From Octopus sinensis (lineage: Eukaryota): a DNA stretch of 64,000 bases. Below the pieces are notes generated by a model. It had not been told where the DNA came from. It saw nothing but the letters and a program-made list of their open reading frames with translations, and searched no databases. Positions 1 through 12,124 of the stretch are shown here, one piece after another. The position numbers were made by a program, and so were the translations under genes. Location: positions 72,912,001-72,976,000 of the forward strand of contig NC_043006.1 in assembly GCF_006345805.1 (NCBI RefSeq). Reading direction: 5' to 3'. Positions within the stretch are counted from its first letter, which is position 1. Each line of letters opens with the position of its first letter.

Positions 1-2221
1 GTGGTAGATGTCTGGTTATCCATTTTCCTGTCTCAAGATTGGTGCCTGTAAATATATTCATACCCTAGATTTGGTTTTAGAAGAACATTTATTTTTTAAA
101 ATATAAGAATAACATTTATATTAATTCATATTGTTGATTCTAAAAAACAAAAAGTATTAATTCACAATAAAATAAGTTATAGCAGAACTACAATCATTGA
201 TTAATCTCTGTAAAGTGGTGAGATGGCCAAATTAAGCACAGTGAGCTTAACATTCTGAGTTCAAATACTGCTGAGGTCAGCTTTGCCTTTCTTCCTTTCA
301 GGGTCAATGAAATAAGTACTAGGTGAGCACTGGGGTTGATGTAATTAACTATCCCACTTCCCATAAAAATTGCTGGCCTTGTACCAAAATTAGAAAGAAT
401 TATGTTTAACCTGTGTGTGTTGTGTGTGATTAAAATTGTGGTGAGAAAGTAAGGAAAGTTCATGTTTGTTTATATTGGAATGTCTAGTGAAAAGTAAACT
501 TCTTTTTCTCTTCATTAAATTTTTAAAAAATCTCACAAAAAAAAAAAAAAGACTCAAAAAACAGAGAAACCCTCAAAGAGAAACTGAAGGCTGTTCTCCA
601 AAAATAAATTCTTTATATAAAAGGTTCATGTTTTTATAATTGCATTGAGAATCAAAGCTAGCAAGATGGTTATTTTATTTTTTTCATTCACCAACCACCC
701 TTCTGTTTAGTGTGAGAATATGTTTGTCTATTTACATATATATTAACTTCACTTCAAACTTATATATGTATATTTTTGACTCTTGAAATGACCATTTATA
801 GAAGTATAATTATAATTACTAGAATATTTTTTATACATATATATATTTTGTGTTATTTCATTTACATCTACACCTTCTTATACATGTCAATAGATTCTAG
901 TAACTAGGAGTATTTTATTTATATATATATATATATATAAAAATAAATGCGCCCTTTTAAAGCCTAGCCAGGCTCATGGGCCTGGTTTCTATGGTATATG
1001 TGTTCCCCAGCTGGACAAAACGCCAGTCCATCGCAGCGTTACTCATTTTTGTCAGCTGAATGGACTGGAGCAACGTGAAATGAAGTGTTTTGCTCAAGAA
1101 CACAATGCATCGCCCGGTGCATGCACCTCCGCATATATATGTATATTTTAAATTAAGATATAAAAGTCACTTAGATATTACATTCGTATCTTATAAGATT
1201 TTCAATATTATTTCTGGTCTGTACAGCAGTGAGCTGACAGAATTGTTAGCATGCTATGCAAAATGCTACCTGTCTTTACATTCTGCCAAGGTCAACTTAG
1301 CCTTTCATCCTTTCAATAAAATAAATACTAGTTGAACACTGGGGGCTGTTGTATTTAACTTCCCCCTCCCCCGAAATTGCTGGCCTTGTGCCAAAATTTG
1401 AAACCAATATTATTTCCAGTCTTTTATACTGTTTCTCTATATCACTTTTTTTTAAAACTTTTTTTTGAAGAAAACAATAGGTTAAGGGTTAGTATTCGAG
1501 ATTTGATGCTAAACCAAAATTTCTTAAGCTTCTTTACTGAATAATTCTACATGGTTGGCACCTGCAGTACAGAAAGGACTATTTCGGTCATCGATCTAGA
1601 TACTAGATGAAGAAGTGTGATAAACATAACTATAGGATACCATGCTGGAAGAGTAAATTTATGGTGAATTTTATCTTCTCCTTCCCTCTTACATATTTAG
1701 GGATGACTGGGTGAAGGGTCTTAATTTGTCTGACAAGTTGCCATCATTAAATTTCGTCCAAGAATAAAATTTTTTTCCTGATGTATGTCAAGTCTTTTTA
1801 TTTTTTTTTTATTTTTATTAAATAACAGTTTTTATTCTACTCTAATGACGTGTAGTGTTGTTCTGTATTGTTGCTGGACTTTTTTAAGAATATAGAATCT
1901 ATAATAATAATAATAATGGTAATAATAATTGGATAACTGGAGTCTCTCTAGATTCCAATCTTGAAATCACCCTTACCTGTATACCGTTGCTCTCTTCATG
2001 CTGTTTGTCATTTTTGATACTTCTTCCCAAGATTCTGTATGTGTGTGTTTACATGTGTATATGTGGTGTGTGTGTGTGTGTGTGTGTAAATAAGTGCCAA
2101 GCACAAAACTCTTAGCCCTTGAATCACCTTGTAACTTCCACTGATTAAAAATAAAAAAAATATACTTAAGTTTTGAGTTCTGTTTCTCCTGTTTGTGCTA
2201 TCAAATACATACATATATATA

Positions 2222-2511
2222 TATATATTACAGAGATGTACTTGCATAGCAAGTGACCTGATCTGAGATCGTGTGCTGGAACGAAAACAATTGCAGCATG
2301 GAAGGTGTTAGATTCACTTCAACATTTAAATTTAATTTGTCAAAATATTTTTGTCGCTTTGAGAGGCAGCACGGAATTTTGTCAGTGAACAGGTCGCAGT
2401 CTCAAAACGACGAAAATATTTTGACAAGTTAAATTTAAATGTTGAAGTGAATCTAACAGATTTTGTGTGTTTCTTAAATGGCTTATAAACACCTTCCACG
2501 CTGCAATTGTT
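2222..2511. mobile_element. (TA)n-flanked fold-back element, probable Penelope-like pseudo-LTR remnant with a hammerhead-like motif
   Basis: Inverted arms ~2286-2363 and ~2400-2511. Hammerhead topology at 2379-2427. Confidence 0.6.
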
Positions 2512-3519
2512 ATATATATATATATATATATATTGGGGAGGTGTGATATTTTGAATTTATTTTTTTATGGTTGGGCGTTATTTTAAATTATGTTTTTATG
2601 GGATTTTTAGTAAGCTTATGATCTTAAAATGGACTACTAATTTCTTACTTATGATAATTGTATCATTATGGTTTTTATTTGAAGGTTAGCAGAATGAATA
2701 TAAAAGTGTGTCATATTTTTTCTTTATCTCATGTTTACTGTCATCTGTGTGTACATGTGTTACCATGTGTGTGTAGTGTTCCATAAGTAAGGCAGCATTT
2801 AAACAGCGAATTGTAATTGAAAACCCTAACAGACTTACTGGGACATTTCATATGTATAAATATATAATATTAATTTTTTTTTTTTTTTTTTTTTTGGTTT
2901 ATTTGGTGATTTCCACTTTTTAGCATTTGTTACCCTTTTGGTCTTTTATATCAGGTAAAAGTTTCATTCTTGGGAGCAAAAGACATGGTTGTGAGCAAGA
3001 AAGAATTTATTTTAAAAAAAAAAATGTCAAAATTTGAAATGAAGGTGGGGATTGATTTACTATGCTTATTGCTAGATATCACATGATTAGAGGTCAAACT
3101 AGTACAATACATTATGCCATCATTATCATCATCATCATCATCATAATAATAATAATAATCATGGTTGTTGGTGATGACAGTATGGGTTCGCCTGTATTTT
3201 GTTGTTGTCCAATACACTATTTGGTAATGGGAACATCAGTAGGAATTTTTAAATTTTCAGTTGATGCTTTTTTTTTATACCAACATACCTTCCAATAATT
3301 TTCTTGTTCTTTTGCATATCAAGTTATATGGGACACTTATAACATTGTAAAATAAACCTTTCTTACTTGTGTAGTATGTGTATGTAATTTATAAATATAT
3401 ATATATATATATATATGTATGTATATATATGTATTTGTATGTTTGTTTTTATGCTTAGTTATAATAAAAATGATTTTACATTAATCTGAGGAGTTGCTCT
3501 ATGATTTTGTAGAGTACAA

Positions 3520-3657
3520 GTTCATTCTTAAACAATAATATTGTTGACAGTGACTTCGAAGTTTTGGTCAGTTAAGCTATCATTGGACTGCTGATGATGG
3601 CTTAACTGGCTGAAACTTGGAATTCACTGTTAACAATATTCTTCTTTAAGAATAAAC
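3520..3657. ncRNA. Palindromic pair of minimal hammerhead motifs (Penelope-like)
   Basis: Plus arm: CTGATGA-TGGC-TTAACTG-GCT-GAAA-CTTGGAAT-TC-ACTG (3591-3629). Minus arm: CAGT-CCAATGA-TAGC...ACC-AAAA-C-TTCGAA-G-TC-ACTG. The arms are reverse complements. Confidence 0.65.
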
Positions 3658-4838
3658 ACACACACACGCATTGACATCTCTTTTACTTGTTTCAGTCATT
3701 TGACTGCAGCCATGCTGGAGCACCACCTTTAATCGAGCAACTCGACCCCGGGACTTATTCTTTTGTAAACCCAGTACTTATTCTATCGGTCTCTTTTGCC
3801 GAACTGCTGTACACTTTTCTTAATTCTTTCCCATCTTGATAACCCTTCTGCACAAATTTATTCAAAATGCCATTAAGCCTTTTTTCTTTTCTTCTTCTCT
3901 TAACCAATCTACAAAATTTTCCAAAGCCTTGACCAAGTCTTCCAGCCTTCTAACGTCCAACTAATTCAATGGCCACAATTGGCAAATAAAAATATATAAA
4001 ACATGGTTTTTCCTTTTTATTTTTCTATTTTAAATTCAAATAAAAAAAAAAACACCACACCAGTTGTGTTATGTCTCATATTGATGTTATTAAATGCACT
4101 TTTCTGTAATAAAATATATACATTATATATATAAAATAAAAAAAAGTGAAAGGAAAATGCATTGTGTACTATGTTATGCTAGGTAACAACACTATGCTTC
4201 ATTAATCATAGTTTACCTCCTTACCTATCCTTACCTACCAATTTATGTTTAAAAATTTAACAGCTGTGAGTTCATTGGGTTCACCTATGTTACAAAGCAA
4301 ATATTTCTTATTTTCCATTGAAATTCAGGCAGACTAAAACTGTAGTCTACATTTCCACATTTATGCATGTCCATATATAAAGTGCACTCAACTAACACCA
4401 TCTGACTGACTGGGTTTATCAAATTGCAGCTCAGAGATTCAGTTCATTTAGTTGAGCTTATTTCATCATGATCATTATCATCATCCTTTAACTTCCCTGT
4501 TCTCTGCTGGCATGTCCAAGGGCTGCATTTTTGCTCCAATGTTTACTTCAGCATGGTTTCAATGGTTGGTTATCCCAACCATTTTACAACATGAACTGGG
4601 TGCTTTTTAATTTTTTAATTTTTTTTGCCACCAGCACTAATGAGTCTGCCTTGCAGTTCATGAGTCCATGAGCCCTAAGTCTTATATCTTTTTCTTGCTG
4701 GTCTAAGGACAAAGTGACCATACCCACCAAAATTGCAAATCACAAAACAGAAAAAAAATCTGTTTTCAAATTTCCTAAAGAAGGAAAAGCGTACACACAC
4801 ACAGCAGCAGTTTGAGGGACTGAACTGTAGCTGCTCAC

Positions 4839-5033
4839 CTCCACAACTGTTGTACCTCTAAAGGGGTTAAACTTATTAACAACCTGGTTGAGTTCATGCC
4901 TGGCTCGTGTGCTGTATAGCCTGTATGTGATTTTGGTCAAGGCATAAGACAATATGGATAACACAGAAAGAAGGAAGTTGCTTACTTGTTCAAAAATTGA
5001 ACCGTTTTGCATGCATTTAGTTTCAAGTTGTTG
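4839..5033 (-). other. Candidate pair of small spliced exons (5033-4986, 4920-4839) of an unidentified transcript
   Basis: cacag|C...AA|gtaagc, a 65-nt intron ending catacag, then ...GAG|gtgagc. The joined frame is open: NNLKLNACKTVQFLNKLYSTRARHELNQVVNKFNPFRGTTVVE. No recognisable homology. Confidence 0.3.
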
Positions 5034-5881
5034 CTGTGTGCATTCAACAAAGAACTTCATAATTGTTTCAGATTTTGGCACCAGGCCAGCAAGTTTGCAG
5101 GAGAAGGGTAGTCGATTACTTTGACTGCTGGGCATAGCTGGTACTTATTTTATTGACCCACAAAAGGCAAAGTTGACCTTGGCAGAATTTAAACTCGGAA
5201 CATAAGGATGAATGAAATGCTGCTAAGCATTTTGTCCGGTGTTCTAATGATTCTGGTAGCTTGCCACCTTAACAAGGAACTTCATATTGATACCAGTGTG
5301 AAGACCCAGAAAGAACATGTGCTACAAATGAAGAAAATTTAATAAATATATTGAAATACTCTTTTCTCTTTTACTCTTTTACTTGTTTCAGTCATTTGAC
5401 TGTGGCCATGCTGGAGCACCGCCTTTAGTTGAGCAAATCAACCCCAGGACTTATTCTTTGTAAGCCTAGTACTTATTCCATCGGTCTGTTTTGCCGAACT
5501 GCTAAGTTACAGGGACGTAAACACACCAGCATCGGTTGTCAAGTGATGTTGGGGGGACAAACGCAGACACACAAACATACATATATACGACGGGCTTCTT
5601 TCAGTTTCCGTCTATCAAATCCACTCAAGGCTTTGGTTGGCCCTAGGCTATAGTAGAAGACACTTGCCCAAGGTACCACGCAGTGGGACTGAACCCGGAA
5701 CCATGTGGTTTGTAAGCAAGCTACTTACCACATAGCCACTCCTACACCTATGTAAATTTATTGATGTTCCTGATTAATAATAATAATACACCTAATTGTA
5801 TGACACTATAGAAGTCACCCTTTTGTCACTGGGTTTTCTATTGATATGCACTTCCTTTAATCATCATCAGCTTTGATGAAG

Positions 5882-5975
5882 GGTGACAAGATCTGATGAT
5901 TTGAGAGATTGCAAGACTAAGCATCATCAAACTTATGACAGGTTGTAAATTGAAACTTTGAAGTCACTATCAACC
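5882..5975 (+). ncRNA. Degenerate minimal hammerhead motif, related to the 3520-3657 family
   Basis: CTGATGA 5893-5899, then GAAA-C-TTTGAA-G-TC-ACTATCAACC 5952-5975. Imperfect stem I with GGTGACAAGAT. Confidence 0.5.
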
Positions 5976-6662
5976 ATTTCCTTGAAAAGGTCAATAAATA
6001 AGTACTCCACAAAAAAGTGTTGAGCAATCCTTCAATTTAGTGTTAAATTATTTATGTATATAATTTCACAAACATTAATATATATACATATATGTTTGTT
6101 CCTTCTTGAACCATGCCTGGCTCATAGGGCCGGTTTCCTTTGGTGTATAGGTTCCCCACCTGGATGGGACGCTGGTCCGTCGCAGATGAGCTGCAAAATG
6201 CAGGAGGAAAGTTGTGGTGAAAGAGTCAGCAGAAGTTCACCATTACCTTCTGCCAGAGGCGCGTGGAGCTTAAGTGTTTCGCTCATAAATACACACATTG
6301 CCTGGTCTGAGATTCAAACCCACGATCCTTCGACCTCGAGTCTGCTGATCTAACCACTAGGCCATGCGTGCCCCCCCCCCCACACACACATACATACATA
6401 ATGAATAAATGCACCCTTTTAAAGCCTAGCCAGGCTCATGGGCCCAGTTTCCCAGTTTCAATGACATGTTCCCCAGCTGGATGGCATGCCAGTCCATCGC
6501 AGTGTTATTCATTTTTGCCAGCTGAGTGGACTGGAGCAACGTGAAAGAAATGAAGTGTTTTGCTCAAGAACACAATGTGTCGCCCGGTCCAGGAATCAAA
6601 ATCACAATCTTACAATCATGGTGCTGACACCCTAACCACTAAGCCATGTGCCTCCACACACA

Positions 6663-6700
<38 letters not shown>

Positions 6701-6705
<5 letters not shown>

Positions 6706-6870
6706 TGAGGAAATGAGTAGGAATGGCTTGATTGATGATTTTTCCACTTTAATAATTGGATGTTTATAAATTATCCAATTATTAAAGTGGAAAAATTATC
6801 AGAAAAGCCGTTCCTATTCATTTCTTCAAATATATAATACTGTACCAAAGGCTTTCTATTTCTTATTATA
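6701..6870. repeat. ~130-bp palindrome between (TA)n tracts, related to 22571-22675
   Basis: TTTTTCCACTTTAATAATTGGAT...ATCCAATTATTAAAGTGGAAAAA. The tail ATAATACTGTACCAAAG is the near reverse complement of CCTTGGTACAGTATT at ~22587-22601. Confidence 0.7.
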
Positions 6871-8595
6871 TATATATATGTATATATACATACATACATA
6901 CATATATATATATACATACACACACACATATACCCATACATTACTATATATGTATGTGTGTGTGACTATTATATGATGTCTCTTCCCATCTTGAGGCAGT
7001 AGTATATAATTTGAGTGTTTTTAGGTTGTTAATTAGAGGGTTGTTAAGCTGTTAAATTAAGGGGCTATTCAACTGCTAATTTAGGGATTATTTATAACAG
7101 GTTGAGCAACAGCACAGATTGGCTTCCTTGTTTGGTCATTCATTAAGTCAGTGATTGTTATTTCTGTCATATTCTGAATTAAGAACCCCATTTACAGCAG
7201 ACCTCTCATCAAATATCATTACAACAATGGTCATACTTTTTTTTTTTTGTATACTTTTACAGGACTGGCTGTGTGATAGGTAGCCTGCTTACCAACCACA
7301 TGGTTCTGGGTTCATTCCCACTGCATGGCACCTTGGGCAAGTGTCTTCTACTATAGCCTTGTGAGTGGATTTTTTAAACGGAAACTGAGCGAAGCCTGTC
7401 ATATATATGTATATATATATATGTATGTATGTGTATACGTTTGTGTGTCTGTTTGTCCTCCCAACATCGCTTAACAACCGATGCTGGTGTGTTTATGCCC
7501 CTGTAACTTAGCGGTTCGGCGAAAGAGACCGATAGAATAAGTAGTAGGCTTACAAAGAATAAGTCCTGGGGGCGATTTGCTTGACTAAGAGGTGGTACTC
7601 CAGCATGGTCACAGTCAAATGACTGAAACAAATAAAAGAGTAAACCCATTTCCAATGCTGCATTTTTTGGGGGGTTTTTTGCCTGATTTAACAAACCACC
7701 CTGTAGCGTGGGGGCTCTGAAATGGGTCCCTGCCTTCCTGAGCTAGTTTACCTCCACATTTCTTAAATTATCAACTGGAACCCTTGTCGTAATCAACGGA
7801 GTGCCAGTTTCCTTTGTCCTACCTGTCTCAGATGCCTCCAAAAGAGTCATGAGTACCTACCTTTCCACCTGGCTAAGCAATATAAAAAAAATGGAGTGTG
7901 TGGCTGCTATTTCTAAAAAATTGTGTGACCCCATAGGGGCTACCTCTTTGGCTTGTGGAATCAGCTTGATATTTACACTTTAGCATTCAAATTACTCAAA
8001 CGTAAAATTTATTTATTCACATTGTTTTAATTTAATCATGTACGATATATACGTGGTAAGAAGCTTACTTACCAACCACTTGGTTCCGGGTTCAATCCCA
8101 CTGCATGGAACCTTGGTCAAGTGTTTTCTACTATAGTCTCAGACCGACCAAAGCCTTGTGAATGGATTTGGCCAACGGAAACTGAAAGAAGCCCATCGTA
8201 TATGTATACATTTGCGTGTGTGTCTGTGTTGTCGCCCACCATCACTTGACGACCAATGTTGGTATGTTTACGTCCCCGTAGCTTAGCAGTTTGGCAAAAG
8301 AGACTGATAGAATACGTTCTTGGCTTACAAAGAATAAGTCCTGGGGTTGATTCGTACAACTAAAGGCGGTGCTCCAGCATGGTCACAGTCAAATGACAAC
8401 CAAATAAAAGAATATCTCAAAGCTTCGAGATTTTGATAATATGATTGTTTACGTGTAGAATGACATAGTACGATGTTAAGAGTGCGGGGGTGAGATTTAG
8501 AAGGCTTTAACAGTAAACAAGTAGAGTATTTGGGCCTGATATGGCTGGTTTAAATATAGAAGGATTAAAGGCATCAGCTAATATATATTCTCAAG

Positions 8596-9208
8596 AAGGC
8601 GGCGAGCTGGCAGAAACGTTAGCACGCCGGCGAAATGCTTAACGGTATTTCGTCTGCCGTTACGTTCTGAGTTCAATTTCCGCCGAGGTCGACTTTGCCT
8701 TTCATCCCTTTCGGGGTCGATAAACTAAGTACCAGTTACGCACTGGGGTCGATATAATCGACTTAATCCGTCTATCTGTCCTTGTTTGTCCTCTCGGTGT
8801 TTAGCCCCTTGTCGGTAGTAAAGAAATAGGTATTTCGTCTGTTTTTACGTCCTGAGTTCAATTTCCGCTGAGGTCGACTTTGCCTTTCATCCTTTCGGGG
8901 TCGATTAAATAAGTACCAGTTACGCACTGGGGTCGATGTAATCGACTTAATCCCTTTGTTTGTCCCGTCTATGTTTAGCCCCTTGTGGGCAATAAAGAAA
9001 TAAGAAATGTTAGCATGCTGGGTGAAAGGCTTAGTGGTATTTTGTCTCTCTTTACGTTCTGAGTTCAAATTCCGCCGAGGTCGACTTTGTCTTTCATTCT
9101 TTCGGGGTCGATAAATTAAGTACCATTTGCGTACTGGAGTCGATCTAATCGACTGGTCTCCCCCCCCCCCACTATAATTTCGGGCCTTGTGCCTACAGTA
9201 GAAAAGAA
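8596..9208 (+). mobile_element. SINE family B, composite copy with three internal units
   Basis: Head AAGGCGGCGAGCTGGCAGAA, core TTCTGAGTTCAAATTCCGCCGAGGTCGACTTTGCCTTTCATCCTTTCGGGGTCGAT repeated three times. Other copies at ~196-397, 1226-1407, 5065-5270(-), 14455-14662(-), 15319-15518, 20096-20320, 26409-26619(-), 33025-33240(-), 48629-48830, 54532-54928(-), 59919-60118(-), 60965-61167(-). Confidence 0.9.
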
Positions 9209-9689
9209 TATATATTCTCAAGAGAGAATGGATAAGGCTGGTATTAACACGTGATGTAATTGGACCATGAGTGATAGATGATGATGATGTGTTGTGATGA
9301 CATTGGAAATAGGCACAAAGCCTGAAACTTTTGGGAAAGGGCCTAGTTGATTTCATTGACCCCAGTGCTAGACTGGTACTCATTTCATTGACCCTGAAAA
9401 GACGAAAGGCAAAGTTGACCTAGTGGAATTTGAACTCAGAAAAAACGGACGAAGTATTTTGTCTGGCGTGCTAATGGTTCTGTCCGCTCGCATCCATACA
9501 ATAATACTAAGACACAGATGTGGCTGACTGATTGAGAAGTTTGCTTCTCATCCACATGGTTTCAGATTCAGTCCCACTGCACGGCATCCTGAGCAAGTGT
9601 CTTCTACTATAATAGCCTCAGGCAAAATAGAGCCTTGTGAATGAATTTGGTTGATTGAAACTAAAATAAGTCCGTTGTATATAGATAAT

Positions 9690-10006
9690 GAAATTATTGT
9701 ATACAGTACTCAGGTGCACCACAACTTGTCAGAAAGTGCATATAAAATACATGCAGTAATGTACAAATGTCTGGAAAGCGAACAATGTATGAGTCAGATA
9801 CATGCTTGTGTGTGTGTATGGAGGGGAGAAAATCAGGTGTAGTGTTGGCAAATCTCAGAAAGCATAGAAGTTTTGAAGGATGCAGTGCTCCGACAACTAA
9901 CAACTGATGCCGGCAGTTTGTTCCATGCTTCAGCAACTCTTAGCGTGAAAAAATGTTTCCTAAAGTCATGGGAGCTGTGCTGTTTTCTGACTTTGTAAAT
10001 ATGTAC
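9690..10006 (-). mobile_element. Short 3' fragment of the same CR1/L2-group LINE, inserted in a SINE
   Basis: YKVRKQHSSHDFRKHFFTLRVAEAWNKLPASVV is identical to the peptide at ~29594-29690, with a matching 3' terminal motif. Confidence 0.85.
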
Positions 10007-11145
10007 TACAAATAAAGTGATACGTTTTTTTCTCCTGCACCAATACATTTGTGCTGAGTTAACCGATAACTGTAACTGAATGACTGACCCACAATTATGT
10101 GTGTATGTATGTTTGTGTCTCCTTGTCTTGACATCGCATGATAGTTGTAAATTAGTGTTACTCTCATACAAGCAGTGTCGTTCATTTCTAATATTCTGCG
10201 AAAATATGTCTGACTATGAAGAAGTGTCACCTTGCTTAGTAACAGGCGAGAGTTGGCGACAACAAGTATATCTACCCACGCATGCTTGGAATAGTAGACG
10301 TTAAAACGATAATTCTTTCCATGCCCATGGTGTTGGACAAGTTTAAAAAGATTAATCTTTTAATCATTTTATTTAACACAGTGATTTATCCACCCCCTTT
10401 TCCTAGTGTTCCCTCAAACTTTTTGGCGTGGGTGTGAAATTTTTGCAGTATTTGACCATCGCTCAAATTTCTTCACTTATAAAAGAATACAATATCGTCT
10501 TAAAATCTTAGTGTAAGCATATTGTACTTGTTTCTAATCATAAAACTAATGTGTTTGCGTACAAACGCACAGCTTATAGAGGGTACTGCACCTCGTCCTC
10601 TTTAGTAAAACACTATGCAATGAGGGCAATAGGAAATTGGCAAAATGTTATTGAGAGACTCAAGGGAGATAACTACTATTAATAGTTTGGCTATTTTATT
10701 TCTTTATTGTCCACTGGGGGCTAAACTGAGGGGACCAACAAGGACAGACAAAGAGATTAGGTCGATTACATTGACCCCAGTATCGTGGTGTTGGTAGAAC
10801 AGTTGAGTCAGTTTGTAAATTCTCCCCCTCCCCCCATTACAACAGTGAATTAGCAGAGTCGTAAGCACGTTGGACAAAATACTACGTAGTATTTATTTTA
10901 GCTCTGACTGCATTTTGATTTCGAATCACGCCGAGGTCAATCTTCTGGGGTTCATGAAATAAAAATACCAGTCTTGGGCAGTGAGTGGAATGGCAGAATC
11001 GTTAAAGTGTCGATCAAGATGCCTTGCAGTGTTTATTCCTGTTCTTTTGCATCCTGCCACATCCTACATGGATGGTAGATTTAAACACTTGCCTAATTTA
11101 ACACCACCTGGCATCGAGAGTACCTTCAATAGAAAAATCCACTTT

Positions 11146-11231
11146 GGGCGGAGGTAAAGAATACGCACACCACCCATTTTCGGCGTAACCCTAATCTAAA
11201 CACTGGGCGTGTGTATTCTTTACTTTTGCCC
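11146..11231. mobile_element. 86-bp MITE with ~23-bp TIRs, 6-bp TSD and internal TAACCCTAA
   Basis: GGGCGGAGGTAAAGAATACGCAC / GTGTGTATTCTTTACTTTTGCCC, with CACTTT on both sides. Confidence 0.75.
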
Positions 11232-11476
11232 CACTTTAGTCTAAGCATTCGGAGAAAGTTTTCGGTTTGAGGATACGCCCAAATCTTTCCCTTCCGCCAG
11301 TCTTTGAGTCCCTGAGGAGAGTTGTGAGCACTGCTCTCCTTCCTGATTGAATCTTATATCTTTCACTTGTTTCGTTTCAGTTATTGGACTGCGTCTATGT
11401 TGGGGTACCACCTTGAAAGTTTTATTGAATCCAGTCTTTATGTTTGTTTTTTAAAGTCTGGTACTTAATCTATTGT

Positions 11477-11780
11477 GGAGGCACATGGCCTAGTGGTTAG
11501 AGCAGCGAACTCGCGGTCGAGAGATCGCTGGTTCGAATCTCAGACCGGGCGATGTGTGTGTTTATGAGCGAAAAACCTAAGCTCCATGCGGCTCCGGCAG
11601 AAGGTAATAGCGAACTTCTGCTGACTCTTTCGCCACAACTTTCTCTCACTCTTTCCTCCTGCATCTTGCAGCTCACCTGCGACGGACCGGCGTCCCGTCC
11701 AGGTGGGGAACATATACGCCAAGGAAACCGGGAAACCGGTCCTTATAAGCCAGGCGTGGCTCGAGAAGGAACAAACAACA
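11477..11780 (+). mobile_element. tRNA-derived SINE family C, representative copy
   Basis: GGAGGCACATGGCCTAGTGGTTAGAGCAGCG...GGTTCGAATC with clear A and B boxes and an (AAC)-type tail. Related copies at ~945-1128(-), 6095-6368(-), 6405-6657(-), 16673-16950(-), 21413-21690, 61746-61935. Confidence 0.85.
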
Positions 11781-12124
11781 GCTTAATCTATTGGCTACTT
11801 TTGTCAAACCGCTAAGTTTATAGGGACGTAAACAAGCCAATTGTCAAACGGTGGGGAACAAACACAAAGACACACACAGACATATTAGTGTGGGATCGAG
11901 AAATGGGTAGATACAACAATGGTGATAAGAAGAGGACTGGTAATCGGAGCAGGAATATCAGTGACATATATGTTTATATTTTATGGCTTTCATTAATATC
12001 CAGAACTGAATGGGGGGGGGGACTATTTTGAGTATATTTATAATTGTGTGAGCGCATTTTACATGAGTATCTGGTAGATATGTATTATGTATATGTCCGT
12101 GTGTGTATGTACAAAATTGTTAGT

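Noticed and set aside
1571-1610. GACCGAAATAGTC on the minus strand as a hammerhead half
   Set aside because: No matching CUGANGA or stem I nearby.
1701-1767. Plus-strand terminal-exon-like segment (DDWVKGLNLSDKLPSLNFVQE*)
   Set aside because: No upstream partner exon in view, and the opposite strand offers an equally plausible reading.
8772-9383. 203-aa minus-strand ORF
   Set aside because: Antisense reading of tandem SINE family-B units.
11477-11550. tRNA-like sequence
   Set aside because: It is the head of a SINE, continues into the SINE body, and does not close a full cloverleaf.
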